Of a stretch of 64,000 nt of DNA, positions 14,248 through 28,492 are shown piece after piece. Source of the DNA: Trichoplax adhaerens (Eukaryota; Animalia; Placozoa); contig NW_002060944.1 in assembly GCF_000150275.1 (NCBI RefSeq), positions 9,076,159-9,140,158 of the forward strand, read 5' to 3'. Below the pieces are notes generated by a model. It did no database searches. It was given only the letters and a program-made list of their open reading frames with translations, and was not told the DNA's origin. The position numbers were made by a program, and so were the translations under genes. The stretch's first letter is position 1. Each line of letters starts with the position of its first letter.

Positions 14248-17131
14248 TATCACTATTTCTTTAGTCTGCGGAGTTGTCCATAGAACTAGTTTACCAGGAT
14301 TCTTATGTACTGTGGATCATACATTTGTAGTTCACTCTGAAAGTTTACCTACTGCATAACAGATTTGTAGTAAAGTGACTCTGCGCACTACTTTGGTGAA
14401 CTATATTTGGCTAGTCTCCCCTAATTCAAGCGTTCACCACAGGATTTTTGAGGCTATTGCCAGGGGTAATAGCTCATCTACACCAATAAGGTTAATATTA
14501 CTTTAGTTGTGAGGGAAGTGCGTAGTTTTATCAATGCAAATCAATGCAGAAAAGGAAGAACGAAAGAATCGATTTCACAGATCGGGGCCAGATGCTTATA
14601 TAGCTTCGGGTCCGCTAGCTATGCGCTTGTACTTTTAAAAATATTGCAATTTTTATAAGCTTTACTCCAGAAGATTTAGACTATATGGCACAGTATGGGT
14701 TTAGGTCCTTACAAATAACATCCTTTAACAACATACTACTCATCCAGTAGTATGCTCGGAGCTCTGTGCATCCCTTCCTTGTTCATACCTCATGGTACTA
14801 CATTCCTTCATTTTGGATGCAGCACCTAGCTACCATACAGAACCTCTCATCTCATATATAGCATACAATGCATCATTATTTTTTCTTATTTGTAACATTA
14901 TGACTCCATTAATTCATTAATAACTCGGATGATTTGGTCCTTGTTGTCTGCACACAAACTAATCTAATCTATCAGGCTCCTCTACATAAATCTAATCTAA
15001 TCTAATGGGCTCTTCTACAAGATCATAGAAATATTACTGTATATTTGCTCTATAAAATACTGTACAATCATCAATTTCTAGAAGACGTATCGATAAATTA
15101 TCATGATTGTGGAATAAAATAGTATTCGACCGGGGTACACTATAGTTTCAGCTATCTCTCACGCTATATCTGCTATGCCTCCGTATATACAGATAAGAGA
15201 GAGAGCTAAGTTAGAAAAATGGTAAATTTAAAATAATCATCAAGTATTTGATCTCGATGGCACCCTAAAGGCAACAATTTACGTCCACTGCTTTCGAAAA
15301 TAGACGATAATCTAATAAAATAATGCAAATAAGCTTACTAACTGCTAAAATATCGAGAAAGTTTTAATTTTTAATAATCCTATTGTAGTAAATAATGGCG
15401 TAAATTTGAACTACTGTTAAGCCAAGTTAAAGTAAATTCTCCTTCTTATGAAGAGTTCGTAATTAAATTCTCCTTATAGCGAAGGATTTATAACTCAATT
15501 CTTCTCTAGTTTCGGGTTTATACCGCAAATGAGGCAATTATTGAAGATGAGACAGCAGGAGAATGCATATCCATATAAAAATATTAAAATCAAATCAGTT
15601 CAAGCAGAATTAAATGTTCTGTGATTAATACTGCAGATGATATAAGCGTATATCATAGCTAATCTATACTACCTCCAGCAAGATGGTCCTAATTATACCA
15701 TATTATTCTAGATTGAAGTTATGATTAGAATCTATAAATGGAGTGATCGTAGCAAAGGAGAGGCTCTATCTATTAAAAATCGATTTCACAATCACAGTAA
15801 ATTTAATAACATGTTTTTCAGCTTACATAGATGAGATCTATTACGTAAAGGAAAAAGGAGAGAACAATTTTAATTCGAAATCATTAGATGTGGAAGTTTT
15901 ATATAATTTATAATCGAACATGGATATAAGCTAACACTTCCTCAAGCCATTCACTGCTATAATGCTCAATACCGCATAAACCTTTCACAAAGGGCGTGTT
16001 TAGATCGATTTAAATGATATTAGAATTTGCTATCGTCCTACTTTAATTAAATAATTAGGAAAGATACGTATTATACATAACATAGCAGTGACTAGATTAA
16101 GCTCTTCAAAAAATCAATAGCAAGATCTAAATTTAAATTTGCATTTTCCATTAGTATCAAGACTGTAGCAACTACGCTTATTGTGATATTTGTCCTTTAA
16201 TATTTGAAAGTTTAATTATAATAGATCACACTCTTTCTATTGTAACAGGATAGCAATGACGTCGTAGACACGGTGGCATTCTCATTAAAGTTACTAATTT
16301 ATTTTTGACCTGCCTACTTGGTAATTGTGATTACTCCAGGTCCTACGGGTGACTATGTAATGAGAGCCTTAATCTTCTAGTTCCAATAAACGAAGCTTTA
16401 AAACAAGAAGAAATTCATCATTTTATTATAGCAGCACAATCCATAAACCATCACTATGGCTATTTCATTATGATGTAACAAGGAGACGATCATTGAACCT
16501 AATGAAATAATTAATACTGACATTAGTAATGACAAAAATAATGACAAAAATAGGCTAAGACAGCAGGGTTATCCAATTATCATAACAAAACGATCTATTC
16601 AATTGATGATCAATAAAAATTATTTACACCTACAAAATCTTCAATGTTCTTTAATAATACCATTATTTCATTCCAATAACCAATTTCGTCGGCTTATTAA
16701 ATGCACGTAACCAACCACATTAACTTTAATTGTAAAATAAATTATCGAAGTAGTCGTTTGTCAACTCTATGATAAAAACTTTATATTTGTATGTTAATGT
16801 TATAATAAAATAACATTCTACGCTCGCCTTTATTGTTAACGTAATGATGTGCATTTGCATGAAAAGAATAACAGTAGGAATAACCCTGATTGATTCTTTA
16901 GCTTTAGGCAATTGATGAAAAGAATAGAAGGCTACGATGTATTTGGCCGTGACCTAAATTAAGAGCAGGTAATTAATTGATCTAATGTGTTACTTTACCG
17001 TCAGTAAGAAAAGAAAATCTAAGCCATGGTCTTGACTCAAACCTAATTCTCTTTCAATAATACTGATACTTCGATCTATTTGCATGAGAGATCTATTTTG
17101 TAGTGATTTAAATTAGACCAGCACAACGATC

Positions 17132-20100
17132 ATGATGATCCAACCGTTGCCTAATGGCAGCGAAGAAACAGGCGATATCTCACTTAAAGTCGTCAGGAAA
17201 AATGATGATAAGATTTCAGAAAAAGCTGAAGAAAATGATTATGATTCTAGTGAAGTGTCATTCGATCCAAATTATATAAAATTTATCGCTACTCCACTCA
17301 AGAAATCTAGATCTACATTGAAAAGAGCAGCAACAAGAAATAATCTGAATATAGAAATATCACCAGTCTATAAGGTAAATTGGATTAAACTACAACGGTA
17401 ACCACCTGTTTATCTATAATTTGAACGTAAATAATGATGGTGGAAGTTAATAACATTCTCAGAGTCATGTAAAATGATCGAGGTACCGTCTCAAATTTGC
17501 AAGAGAGTTACCCAAAGAGAGATATAGGATAATGACTAGCTATAAAAATAAAATCATGGTCAGTACACGGTAACTTCCACTCTATTCTTTCATTATACTC
17601 TTACTCCTGAAATAGGATTACTATCTTCCATAAAGCAATAATCGAGAATAAATTATCGTCGACGACGGAATAACAGCTTCAATTTGTTATACCTGTTATC
17701 GTTATTTGCTTCTTAACGTCTATCAATCTAACGAAGAAAATTTATAACCATGCCTTATGTATTTAAAAATTTTTCTTATGTCATTTGATCACTTCATATC
17801 TTGCCCATCATAAAGTTGATTAAATCCTAATATAGAATTTCTTATTCGTTAATATCGTACGTACATTACGATAATTGGAAAAGTACTTGAACTTAACTGG
17901 ATTATGTTTGTAGCTTATTCCATAATTGAATAACTAAACTATGATGACTACATGAAAAAACTGTACGTTTATAGAAGCACAAGTGCTATATTTGTCACTA
18001 ACTCAGTTTGTTAAATTAGACCTTAACAGACCTAGTAGAGAATAGTACCTTACATGTTCTACGCTAATGTATAGGCAAGGAAGCAAATAAAGTTTTCTTG
18101 GCTCAGGATTAATTGGAAAACAATATTAGTTAATATAAATATCGCTGTCGTGCGATGTTTATTCCCTAGGGTATATATCAAATGCGCTAACAATTATTTT
18201 GCCATGTGATAGATGACTTTTCTACCGATATTTGTATGCACCTGTTGATCTTTGTCTCAGATATATGTAATAGCCATTAGACATTTTAAACTATAAAAAA
18301 ATACCTATAGTGATCCACTTCTAGCCTAGCTGCAAACATAAGAACGAATGAATTGCCTACTCTATCAAATCCTTCAATGTAAACTTAAGTCCTCTTCAGG
18401 AAATGAAAGCTTCCTTTTCTGTAGTAATCCGACTAAGGCAGAGAATTTCTTCTTTTTTGTCGTAAACATCATGGATTGATGCCAAATTATTCTAGTAAAT
18501 AAAAGCTATCCTGATTATTCATTGGCTACTTACCACAGTGAATCAACGCATGGCCATGAAGTAAAATACATATCGCTATTTAATAGTCTCTCATATATTT
18601 TTCTTTGATTTATTTATAAAGCAAAAAGATTTTCTTTAAGCAATACGCATTATGGAAAAGAAACAGAAATTAAATTATTTAATATGTCATCATATCCAAT
18701 TTGAAACAGCTTTCCAGGATTTGATTTTCACTCCATTGAATACTTTTTTAGGCATGTCAAGCAGGCGATTTACGAAATTTAAAAACATTCGTGAGGCAAG
18801 CGGACATAAAGTCGAAGGAGTTATCTGCCGATCTGGTCAATGTAGTAGATGAAAGTCTCTTTACACCATTACATTATGCCGCAATCCACAATCATGCTGA
18901 TATATTGGCGTTTCTACTATCTAAAGGAGCAGGTAGATGTGCCTAATCTATCTTAAATTATAAGAGTAATGGAGTTTGCATGTGTTTTCAACTTTTTATT
19001 AATTCAAAAATAATAACGATAAATATAATCATATATATGTATACGTGTATATAAAACATGAAATATGATATTTACGGTGACGTACCAGTGTTTCTACTTT
19101 CTCATGAAGAAGATAAATATAGCTAGTCGATCTTAAATTGTGATACTAGTGGGTTCGGATGTATTTTAACTTTTATTAATTCAAAAATGATAACGCTTAA
19201 TATAAACATATATATATATATATATACCTGTATATATAAAACACAAAATTATCTATTGTTGGTGTACTGGTGTTTCTACGATCTAATGGAGCAGGTAAGT
19301 AAGCCTAATCTATCTTAAGTTATATAGTATTGCTAATGTGGTTTATATCTATTTTCGATTTTTATTAATTTCTTTACCGAGTCATTGCTGCTATTTTACT
19401 TATAAATAAAGAAAGATACAAAACTTTCAATTTACTTATCGTAATACTGATAAGAATGCTAACTGTATCTTTTACCGTAGTCTTTTTGAATACTTTAACT
19501 TATGCTAGATATTGATGCAGTTGGAGGTTGCCTAAGTCGAACTCCTCTGCATATGGCTGTTGAAAATAACAGTTTGCAATCTATTCGAGAATTAATAAGT
19601 CGTGATGCTGATATGTTCATCACAGATGAGCACAATCAGCACGTTGTGCATATTGCGGCGATGCAGGGCAACACCGAAACGACTAAGGTAATAAATTTTA
19701 AATTTTAATAAGCTGCTGATATAATTATTCCATATTTAGTTAATTTCGATTATCACGCACAAATATCCACCAGTTAATACTTGATGCTTTCGAGCTATGC
19801 ATTTACAATTAGATGCTGTTCGACTTTCAATTTTATCCTCAGTGGCGACACTATTTCATTTTAATTGGGTAAAAACTTCTTCTTCAGCTTATCCTTGAAA
19901 ATCTGCAGCAGTACAGTTCGACTTTAATCAACGACGTCGATGATGAGAACATGACGGCCTTGCATCATGCAGCTGATCGATGCCACTACGGAGTTTGTCA
20001 GCTACTGGTAAGTTAAGATCTTTGAAGTAATAATTCTTCTAATGTATAATTTCTCTTTACTACAACCCCGTGTGGAGTATGTGATTATTAGATTTCATGA

Positions 20101-23100
20101 TAAGTTGACTTTGCTAGATATTTTTGCCATATTAAAGTTCACGATATATAATTGCAATGTTTACTTAACTTTTTACGGTTTATACAGATAGAACATGGGG
20201 CAAAGCTAGCTGTGGTAGCTAATGAGGGCAGTACTTGTCTTCACTTAGCTGCATATCGTCTCGACCTAGGTATTATGGAGCTCTTGCTTAGGACAGGTTA
20301 GAAATCTCGGCCTAGTTTCCAATCTATATTCTTCAATCTTATTTTTGAATGCAATACAATTTTTCTGCTACTTCAAATTTGTAACATAGCTGAGAATCAA
20401 GGTATTAAGCAGTTCATTAATATGGGAGACAGCGACGGGAAAACGGTCCTAGAAATTGCCGTAGAATTAAATCACTTTGAGGTAATTGTAAGCGTTACCT
20501 ACCTGGTGTAAGTATATCTGTAAAATAACTGCTATGGCATGATAGATGTTTATTTGATGTATTCGATGGACTTGGATCCAATATTAGTGTTCCTAGGCAG
20601 TTATTAGCAAGTTAACTCTTTCCTTAGCGTAATAGATCACTGTTTCGTTAATAAGATGTTCTAATATTAACTGAAAATGTCATTAATCACGTATTCAATT
20701 TACAGATGACACAATTATGCCTCACCTATGGGGCAGATCCAGCCGGGGACCCTATCAAGAGTGGTGATGGACCTCATCAGGTATGATGAACATACTGAAT
20801 TTGTTAATATCCAAGTTAGAAACATGACGTATAAAAATAGAAACTTAATTGAGTTTTCTTTATTACATATGTGCTTATGTGTAGAGTCGATCCAAGTCGC
20901 TATTGCATATTGTAGCCATTAATGGCCATATTGAAATTGCAAAACTTCTTGTTCAATATGGAGTCTGTTTAGAGAGTGCAGATGATAAAGGTAGAACTGC
21001 AATGCATTTTGCAGCTTTAGGAAATCATCCTCATGTCATCCGATATTTGCATAAACAGGTGCTATTCAATATGCGTCTAAATCTATTTTATACTGCTGTT
21101 GTACATATAATATATATATACTATTTTTAATAAACTAGTATGTTCCTATCACGATAGCTTGATTGTACCAGCATAGCTAGTAGTAAGCAGATAAGATACT
21201 CTCTTTAACTCCTGTTTACTGTTATGAGATAAATATATTGCTGCTTTTTGAATTCTAGGGTCTGCACATTGATATTATGGATAAAAATAAAGTAACACCA
21301 TTCCTTACAGCATTACAACGAGGCTACATAAATATGATAAGAACGTTGCTCAACCTAGGGGCCAACATTATGCATGCAGATATAAACAATCGCAACTGCT
21401 TACATTACGCTGTCAATCATCAAGACATTTCTCCATTGCAGCTGCTATTTGATGTAAGTCTAAATCCTTCTAAAGGATTAATTAAAGTACAGTAAACGAA
21501 GGCACTTACCTTCTGAATATCTATAGAGTTTAATTTTTTCATTCAAGCAGACTTGTTATATGTCTGACCCTTCATCATGTCTTTCTATTTTCAAAATATT
21601 AGCGAGGAGCAGTATCTGCTATCAATGACAAAGATCGTAATGGCGATACCCCCCTATTGGTCTGCATTCCTAATAGAAATGAACAAGTTAGCGCATAACA
21701 TCAGTTTTTAAATGCTAAAGAAACTAGAATAAATATATTCCTTTTCACTAATACACCTATAACTGAGGCAATCTTTCCATAATTATACGTATATCAAATC
21801 GAGCAGGCTATCAACATGTTAATTAACTATGGCGCAGATGCAACATTAACAAACAAAGCTGGTGATACTTATTTACATATTGCCGCCGCTCATAATGGCT
21901 TCTCGTCGATCCGAACAATTTATAGCAAGCATAGCCTTAATACAAATACGAATAATTATAAAGGTATCACAGCCTTGCATATTGCAGCTCATCGTGGATA
22001 TCATGAAACGGTTCAAACTTTGTTAGATATCGGAGCTGATGTCGATAACAAGTAAGATTCTAGTTAAAATCTATAAATTAGTTATTGTTACTTACGTCTG
22101 CTGTATTTAAGAACATGATTAGTAAAATATACGAGAATATCGTAAAAACATTTTTGCCTTACCCTTCCTGATACTATAATACATTTCGTAATTTGAAGCA
22201 TCATATACATGCATATGTAACGGTTGGGTTTATCTAAATTTATTTGTATACTCTCTAGTGACATCTTTGGTAATACACCATTACATGGCGCTGCAGAAGA
22301 AAATAAAGTAGCAGTTATCAAATTACTAGTTAAGCAAAGTGCCGATATTAACGCTGTAAATAGGAAAAAGGTATATCAATATACGAATAATCTATTGAAA
22401 TTATCTTAGCTTTACCAAATTTGTGAATTAAAACCAGTAAAGATTACTGAAACACTTTCAAGAGAATTGTTAAAGCTTAAAACGACAAGTAAGATTGATA
22501 TTAATACAATGCATTTTATATACCCATAGAACACACCTTTGCATAGAGCATGCCAGAAAAATTCTCTAGATGCAGCTAAATGGTTATTGAATCATAATGC
22601 TGATATATCTAGGCGCAATATTAAAGGCCAAACTTGTCTTGATGTGGCTATAGAAAATGATCGCGTTGATATTGGATTAGCTATTATCAGCGATGACCGG
22701 TACATTGATAAATTTACATTTATAATGCTGCAATACATGAATAAGGTTTAATAAAGGAAATCGTAAAATCTTTCAATTATTATGGAGCTTATGATATCAT
22801 TTCAACTGTATGTATATTATAATGTAATTAAAGTTGGCAGGCTGTGATGGACTGCCGCGGGCCAGACGGGTATACACCCATGAAACGATTAGTGGAAAAG
22901 ATGCCTAAGGTTGCAGAGGTAAAAAGATTTTAACCTCGAATTTGTTGAATTACTAAATTAATAGCAAGTCCTATATATGGCGATTAAATATGTAATATAT
23001 ATATATATTGTAGTTTACCTATCTAATTATTCCATCCATGACAAAATAATGTTTCCTTATTTTATTTCCATACCTAATTTTTCTTGGCCTCCAACTCTAA

Positions 23101-26100
23101 TTACAGGCTGTCATGGACCGTTGTGTAGTTCATTCCACCCATCCATCAAATCATCCAGATGCATTTGTAAGCATCTTTTTAGGGATGAAATTAAATCACT
23201 ATTCTTGATTTTTTTATGAAAGTCATTCAATAAAAGTGACAGGTCAAATTACAATTATTAAACATTTCACTTTCCTTTCAGATTACCTTTAATTTCAAGT
23301 ATATCGAATCATCACCTGAGCATGTTCATTTACAAGAAAATAAAGATAAATACTTAACTATCTCGGTAAATATTATTAGATGGTTTACATTAATCGCGTG
23401 CATCACAATAAAACATATTCTCATTTGCCATAACTATGCCAGATTAAATTAAAAACAAATTTATCATCAAAACTTTTCTCTCTACCCTTGTGAATGGAAT
23501 GATAGTCTCGCTAGCTACTATTTAATTTTTTACTTCTTATAGAGTATGGTCGCATCAAATCGGAGTGAATTATTATCTCATCCATTAACAATGGCCTATC
23601 GAATGCAGAAATGGTATTATTTCTTCCCATGTTATTACACCAATACGATAAAATTAAACCTAGCAGAAAATGGTTAAATTCAACAGCTTCATCTTTTCGG
23701 CTAATATAAGTAGTGAAGGAGCTATTATGAAATAGGATAGCGCTTATCGGTTTCGTTTTGAAATAGATAAAAAGTTTCGTCTAATTATGAATTTAAAGTA
23801 TCTCTGTGATTAAGTATGCAAGTGTACATACGAATGTATGAATATGTATTAGAAAAGTAAGAGACCTATAGTATACGATGCTATGGAACCTGTAAACCCG
23901 TATATTAATCTGATGAGTACTTCAAAGATTTAAATTTGATTAAATTAAGTATTGGACATGAATCTAACTGACTTAACAATTAATAATTTAACAATTTTAA
24001 TAATCGATCAATAGTTTGTAGACAATATTTAATAGCATACGAGATGATATCAAATGAATTTTAGGATTAATTTTAAGTCTTCTATCTCATATGTGTCGAA
24101 TAATTAGGAACGGTGGCATAGGTTTAGCGTATTACCTGAAACTTATCTTCTACATTATAATTGTTTCTATCTTTGTTTTGGCAATGGGGCTTGATATAAT
24201 CTGCCATCCTTCGGCTAAAAAACGTATAAATAACACAATTATAGTAAGTAATATTTTATAACCGATTCAGATAGAGCGATTATTATCGTGAATAAGATGA
24301 AATGGCTAATTTTTCAACTATTCATTACAGGACTGTAGCTTTTTCTCGCGTACTTTCATCAACAATTCTTCTATAGTAGTTATGATTCTTGGATTTATGG
24401 TATTATTCGCTCACTTCATTTATATTTGGAGATGGGTAGGTCATTCGATTTCATCATTATTACGTTAACCATAATTCTAGCGAATTAACTTGATCTAAGA
24501 TTTCTCGGAAAATGCCTTTCATAAAGCGTATTTTCATACAAAAGTGTAGTTTAAATATCACCGATTTACTTTTTATTGTAATCAATTAAGAAGTAAATCT
24601 TCCCTATGATTTTAGAAATATCATGACGAAATTCTGCAGTATTTAAATTTTATACCAATCAATAATTTTAGTGATTATATTTTATTTTATTGCCGCACTG
24701 TCTTCATGACTCATTGATTTATCCAACAACTTCGTAACAGTTATTTTTAACTATGATAGAACATAATATTGTTTCAATAATGTAATTTATCTTTTCATAA
24801 GCAAAAAATATATACTATTTTGGCACAGCATTATGATATTGACAAAAATTGTTTGCTAGTCAAAATTTAAAGTTTAAGATATCTTTTTCTTGATATCGCC
24901 GTATCATCCTTATGATTTCTAATCGGATTATTCGATATGCTTTATCCATCTATGATAATAGCTACTGTATTTTCTACCCTTACGAAATATTACTGTAGAA
25001 AGCGAAATTTTGTCACGCTGTCATAACTCTGCACAAACAATGTAAACAGCGATCTATTAGCAATTAACTTTTATGCCACTTATTATCTCGTATGTAGCAT
25101 CGACATAGTTATTTCAAATCTAAGTACATTTAGATCTTAAGATATACCTATTTATGTTATTTAAATTTCTTTTTAGCCATTTGAATATTTAAAGAAACTA
25201 TCAATCAATGGCATTGAAGTTATAATTGCCTTCTTAGCCATAATTGTTAGCATAATTTCCTTAACACGCCGACATAATACTGTCAACGAACAAGCGGGTG
25301 CTGTCTTGATATTCTTAACACAACTGGTTTTAATCGTAAATTTACAGAGGTAAAAGAAAATTATGCCTTATAATTAGACTTCTAATTTCTATTATTATAT
25401 CTATACCATGATTTAAGACGCATTCATCACTATATAATTTCTTACTATTTGAACCTAGAGCTCATTTTTTTGGTAAATATGTCGTCATGTTTATATCCGT
25501 CCTCAAGACAGTTATAAAAGTCATGTTTCTTGTAGCCTTATTCCTATTTATTTTTATGATTTCATTCGTTATGGCTTTCAACATTAATGACGTAAGCTTT
25601 ACTCTTACATAAATTAACATTAATATTTCAGCCATTTATTTCCATATTGAATATGTAAAAGTGTTATATAACAGTATATCGATCTATGAATATAAACTTA
25701 ATGTAATATAAATTTAATTCCGTAATAATATCCTAATCTTTTCGGCAGACTGCTCCGTTCGCAACAATCTTCAATTCTGTTTTGAGTACAGTAGTGATGT
25801 TTTCAGGGGAAATCAATTTTAACAGTAACTTTCAATCTCCATCTCATAACTTACCTCCTGGCCAACTGGTATCCCTCGGATTACTCTTGATCGCTTTCAT
25901 TGTTATCATGAATATTACATTGTCCAACTTACTGGTAATTCTTAACTCCTAGGCTTATATATTAAGGCCTATTACTAGAGAGGTTATAATATTCATTTAC
26001 TACCTCATAAATGACAGTGCAATGTAAAAATATACGATAATAATATCTTTGTGCAAGCATACACGTATATTAGGCAGAACAAAATGGTCATTTTCTAGTA

Positions 26101-27261
26101 GTAATTATGTATTTAAACTGAAAATATGGTCGGCGTTCTCATCATAATTATATTAACGAAGTTGCTAAACTTTAAAACTCTTCCTTTTGTTCATTTCTCG
26201 TGTGTAGATCGGTCTAGCTGTCGGTGATATTCAAGAATTACAACAGCAAGCTGAATTAACGAGTATTGTTCATGACTTAGTCTTAATCTATGAGTATAAC
26301 AATCAGTATCCTTTATTCATTCGAAAATGGCTGTACAGGCCCACGAGTATCATTAAAGCTTCTGGACCTGAAGGAAAATTTAAAAGAGTAAGATGTATCA
26401 AAATTAAATGAATTAGTATGAATAAGTTTTTTCATAGGTAATATCTTAATTCATAATTGATCTTCTTAAATCACAAGGAAATACAAATTTGGAGTTCTTT
26501 TAGAGAATTTGCAGTTTAAATTAGTCTGCTAATTTTAGGCCAATGGCAAAGACTTAGCTATTATTAGTGCCGCTACTTGGCAACTGCCTAGATTTCTAAG
26601 ATGTGATCTTATACTATTACTATGACTTGAAGAGATTCCTTAATTAAGGACTTTTTTCCGTCTTCTCCATTAGTACGTATGGGAATCAGTTTCGGAAAGA
26701 GCAAAATTGTTATCCATCTTACGGCAGAAACGTATACACATTTGTAGTAATGAAGTGAAATCTGTTGCAGAGGAAAATAATCGCAGCTTACTAGATGAGT
26801 AAGTTACCATCATTTTGTCTAAATACCTGTGGATGATGAAAATAGAATATGACAATATATTTATAGGATTATCATTACTTATCCACTCCACATTTTCTGC
26901 TGATCCATATTGATAAAACAATTTATTGCCTTAATGATATGCGTTAATTAAATTGTAATATTGCTATGTATTCCATAATTGTCTGTAGTTGCGCTACTTG
27001 TTTATTTTAAATATGACCTCAAGTATGAATACTTCATTTATCGTACGGTAAAAGTTAGAAATGTTTGCTTGATAGTTGCTGTTGCCGATTCATAGAAGTT
27101 TATAATTTTTTCTTTACATCCACAGAATTACAGCATTGAAAGCTTCAGTTAAAGCTCTGACTGAACAAAACGAAATCACACAAAACAACAATGACTATCT
27201 CACAAAGATAATTCAAGCTATAGCAATCAAAGTGGATGCTTCTATAGCTGATTTAAAATAG
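17132..27261 (+). CDS. TRPA1-like ankyrin-repeat TRP cation channel, paralog b (25 exons, about 1150 aa)
   Basis: Exons 17132-17374, 18752-18932, 19509-19687, 19888-20007, 20188-20296, 20390-20481, 20706-20780, 20885-21058, 21259-21453, 21603-21686, 21807-22051, 22259-22370, 22530-22699, 22834-22918, 23107-23166, 23282-23365, 23543-23613, 24108-24243, 24331-24435, 25177-25349, 25459-25591, 25749-25934, 26208-26387, 26674-26798, 27126-27261. Same intron positions and phases as paralog a; LLSHPLTMAYRMQKW, FGKYVVMF, MFSGEINF, NLLIGLAVGDI. Confidence 0.92.
18909..19370 (+). repeat. About 180 bp tandem repeat (about 2.5 copies) that includes the exon-2 3' end and donor of TRPA-b
   Basis: GTTTCTAC at about 18909, 19090, 19272; TCTTAA.TT and TTTTATTAATT recur; copy 3 retains GGAGCAG|GTAAGT. 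Confidence 0.8.
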
Positions 27262-28492
27262 TCCATAAATCTAAATAACTGATTAAACATTAGCTCAAAT
27301 TATATCATTTTTTTGCATTATTTTGTTAGATCAACTTACAGTTTTAACTGAACAATGTCAATTAAGTTTATTTATTAGTACTTTGCGATATAATTGATTA
27401 AATATTCCGAGAGGGTAGTATACATTAAATATAGAATATTCCACATTTATTTAACAAATACGAAAATATCAGATAAGATGTTGCACAATTAATACTGGCT
27501 TACTAACCGAGGAAGGAAATTAAAATTTTCTTATAAGGAAATAATTTGCTATGGATTGTTGCCACACCATGTTGATGAAGTGTTTACTTTCTTTCCTATG
27601 AAAGTAGTTTATCCTTAATATTCTTTATCGATTTTTGGTATTACTTAATTTTTGCTATATTATTTGAGTTTTATCTCATTCTTATATAACGATGATAGCT
27701 CCTTTGTATATTTTACTTTTCGAGGATATGACTACATCAGAATAACTGAAACTAATCTCACAATTGTTGTATTAATTAATTCTAAGAAGTTATAATTAAA
27801 ATTAACTTTCAATTACCACGTTTGAATCGATGTTTCCTTAAATTATTGTTGTCATCCTCAGTATTGCAGCCAGTATATAATAGTATCCAAAGAATGAAAT
27901 ATAATATATACAAGTAATATTAAGGATTCTTCTCAATGTAGGCTATACAAAGAATTTAAATTAATTAATTATAAGTACTTGTGGATTGTAGTATCATTAA
28001 ACAACAAACACCTTGGGACATTCCGAATAAAAAGTGCGAAATGCTATTAGATCATTATAATAATTGCTTCCGCTATAATCTAGGCATTCTGGCAAAATCA
28101 TAAGTTTATTGCACAGTAGAGGGTTATCTGCATTTCCGACGCGAATTAAGTCTCTTCCTCGATTCTTAAGGTTAATTTATTTTTATTCAATCTTTATCAG
28201 TTAGTATTCGAAAAATTCGAATAAAATAATGAAATTATTCATTAATGCCTTTACTTAAATTTTTTCCTATTTTAAATTAATGGAAATAATGAATTTACAT
28301 CTTGATAAAATAGTGTACTTTTAAACAACTTTACTCGAATACCTAGAAATTTAGATTTATATGATAGGTGCTGTCATCCGAGCTATCAAGATCCATGAGG
28401 AAGATCGACTTATGACTACAATATTTTAGACAGGGGCGATATCATATACAGTAAGAGAGAAATAATTATAACAATACTACAATTTTACAATA

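Noticed and set aside
14500-14720. Possible second solo LTR (TGTGAGGG...TCCTTACA, minus-strand TATATAAG)
   Set aside because: Weak terminal match and no target-site duplication
23905-23960. CTGATGAG hammerhead-ribozyme-like core
   Set aside because: No stem II followed by GAAA and no closing stems
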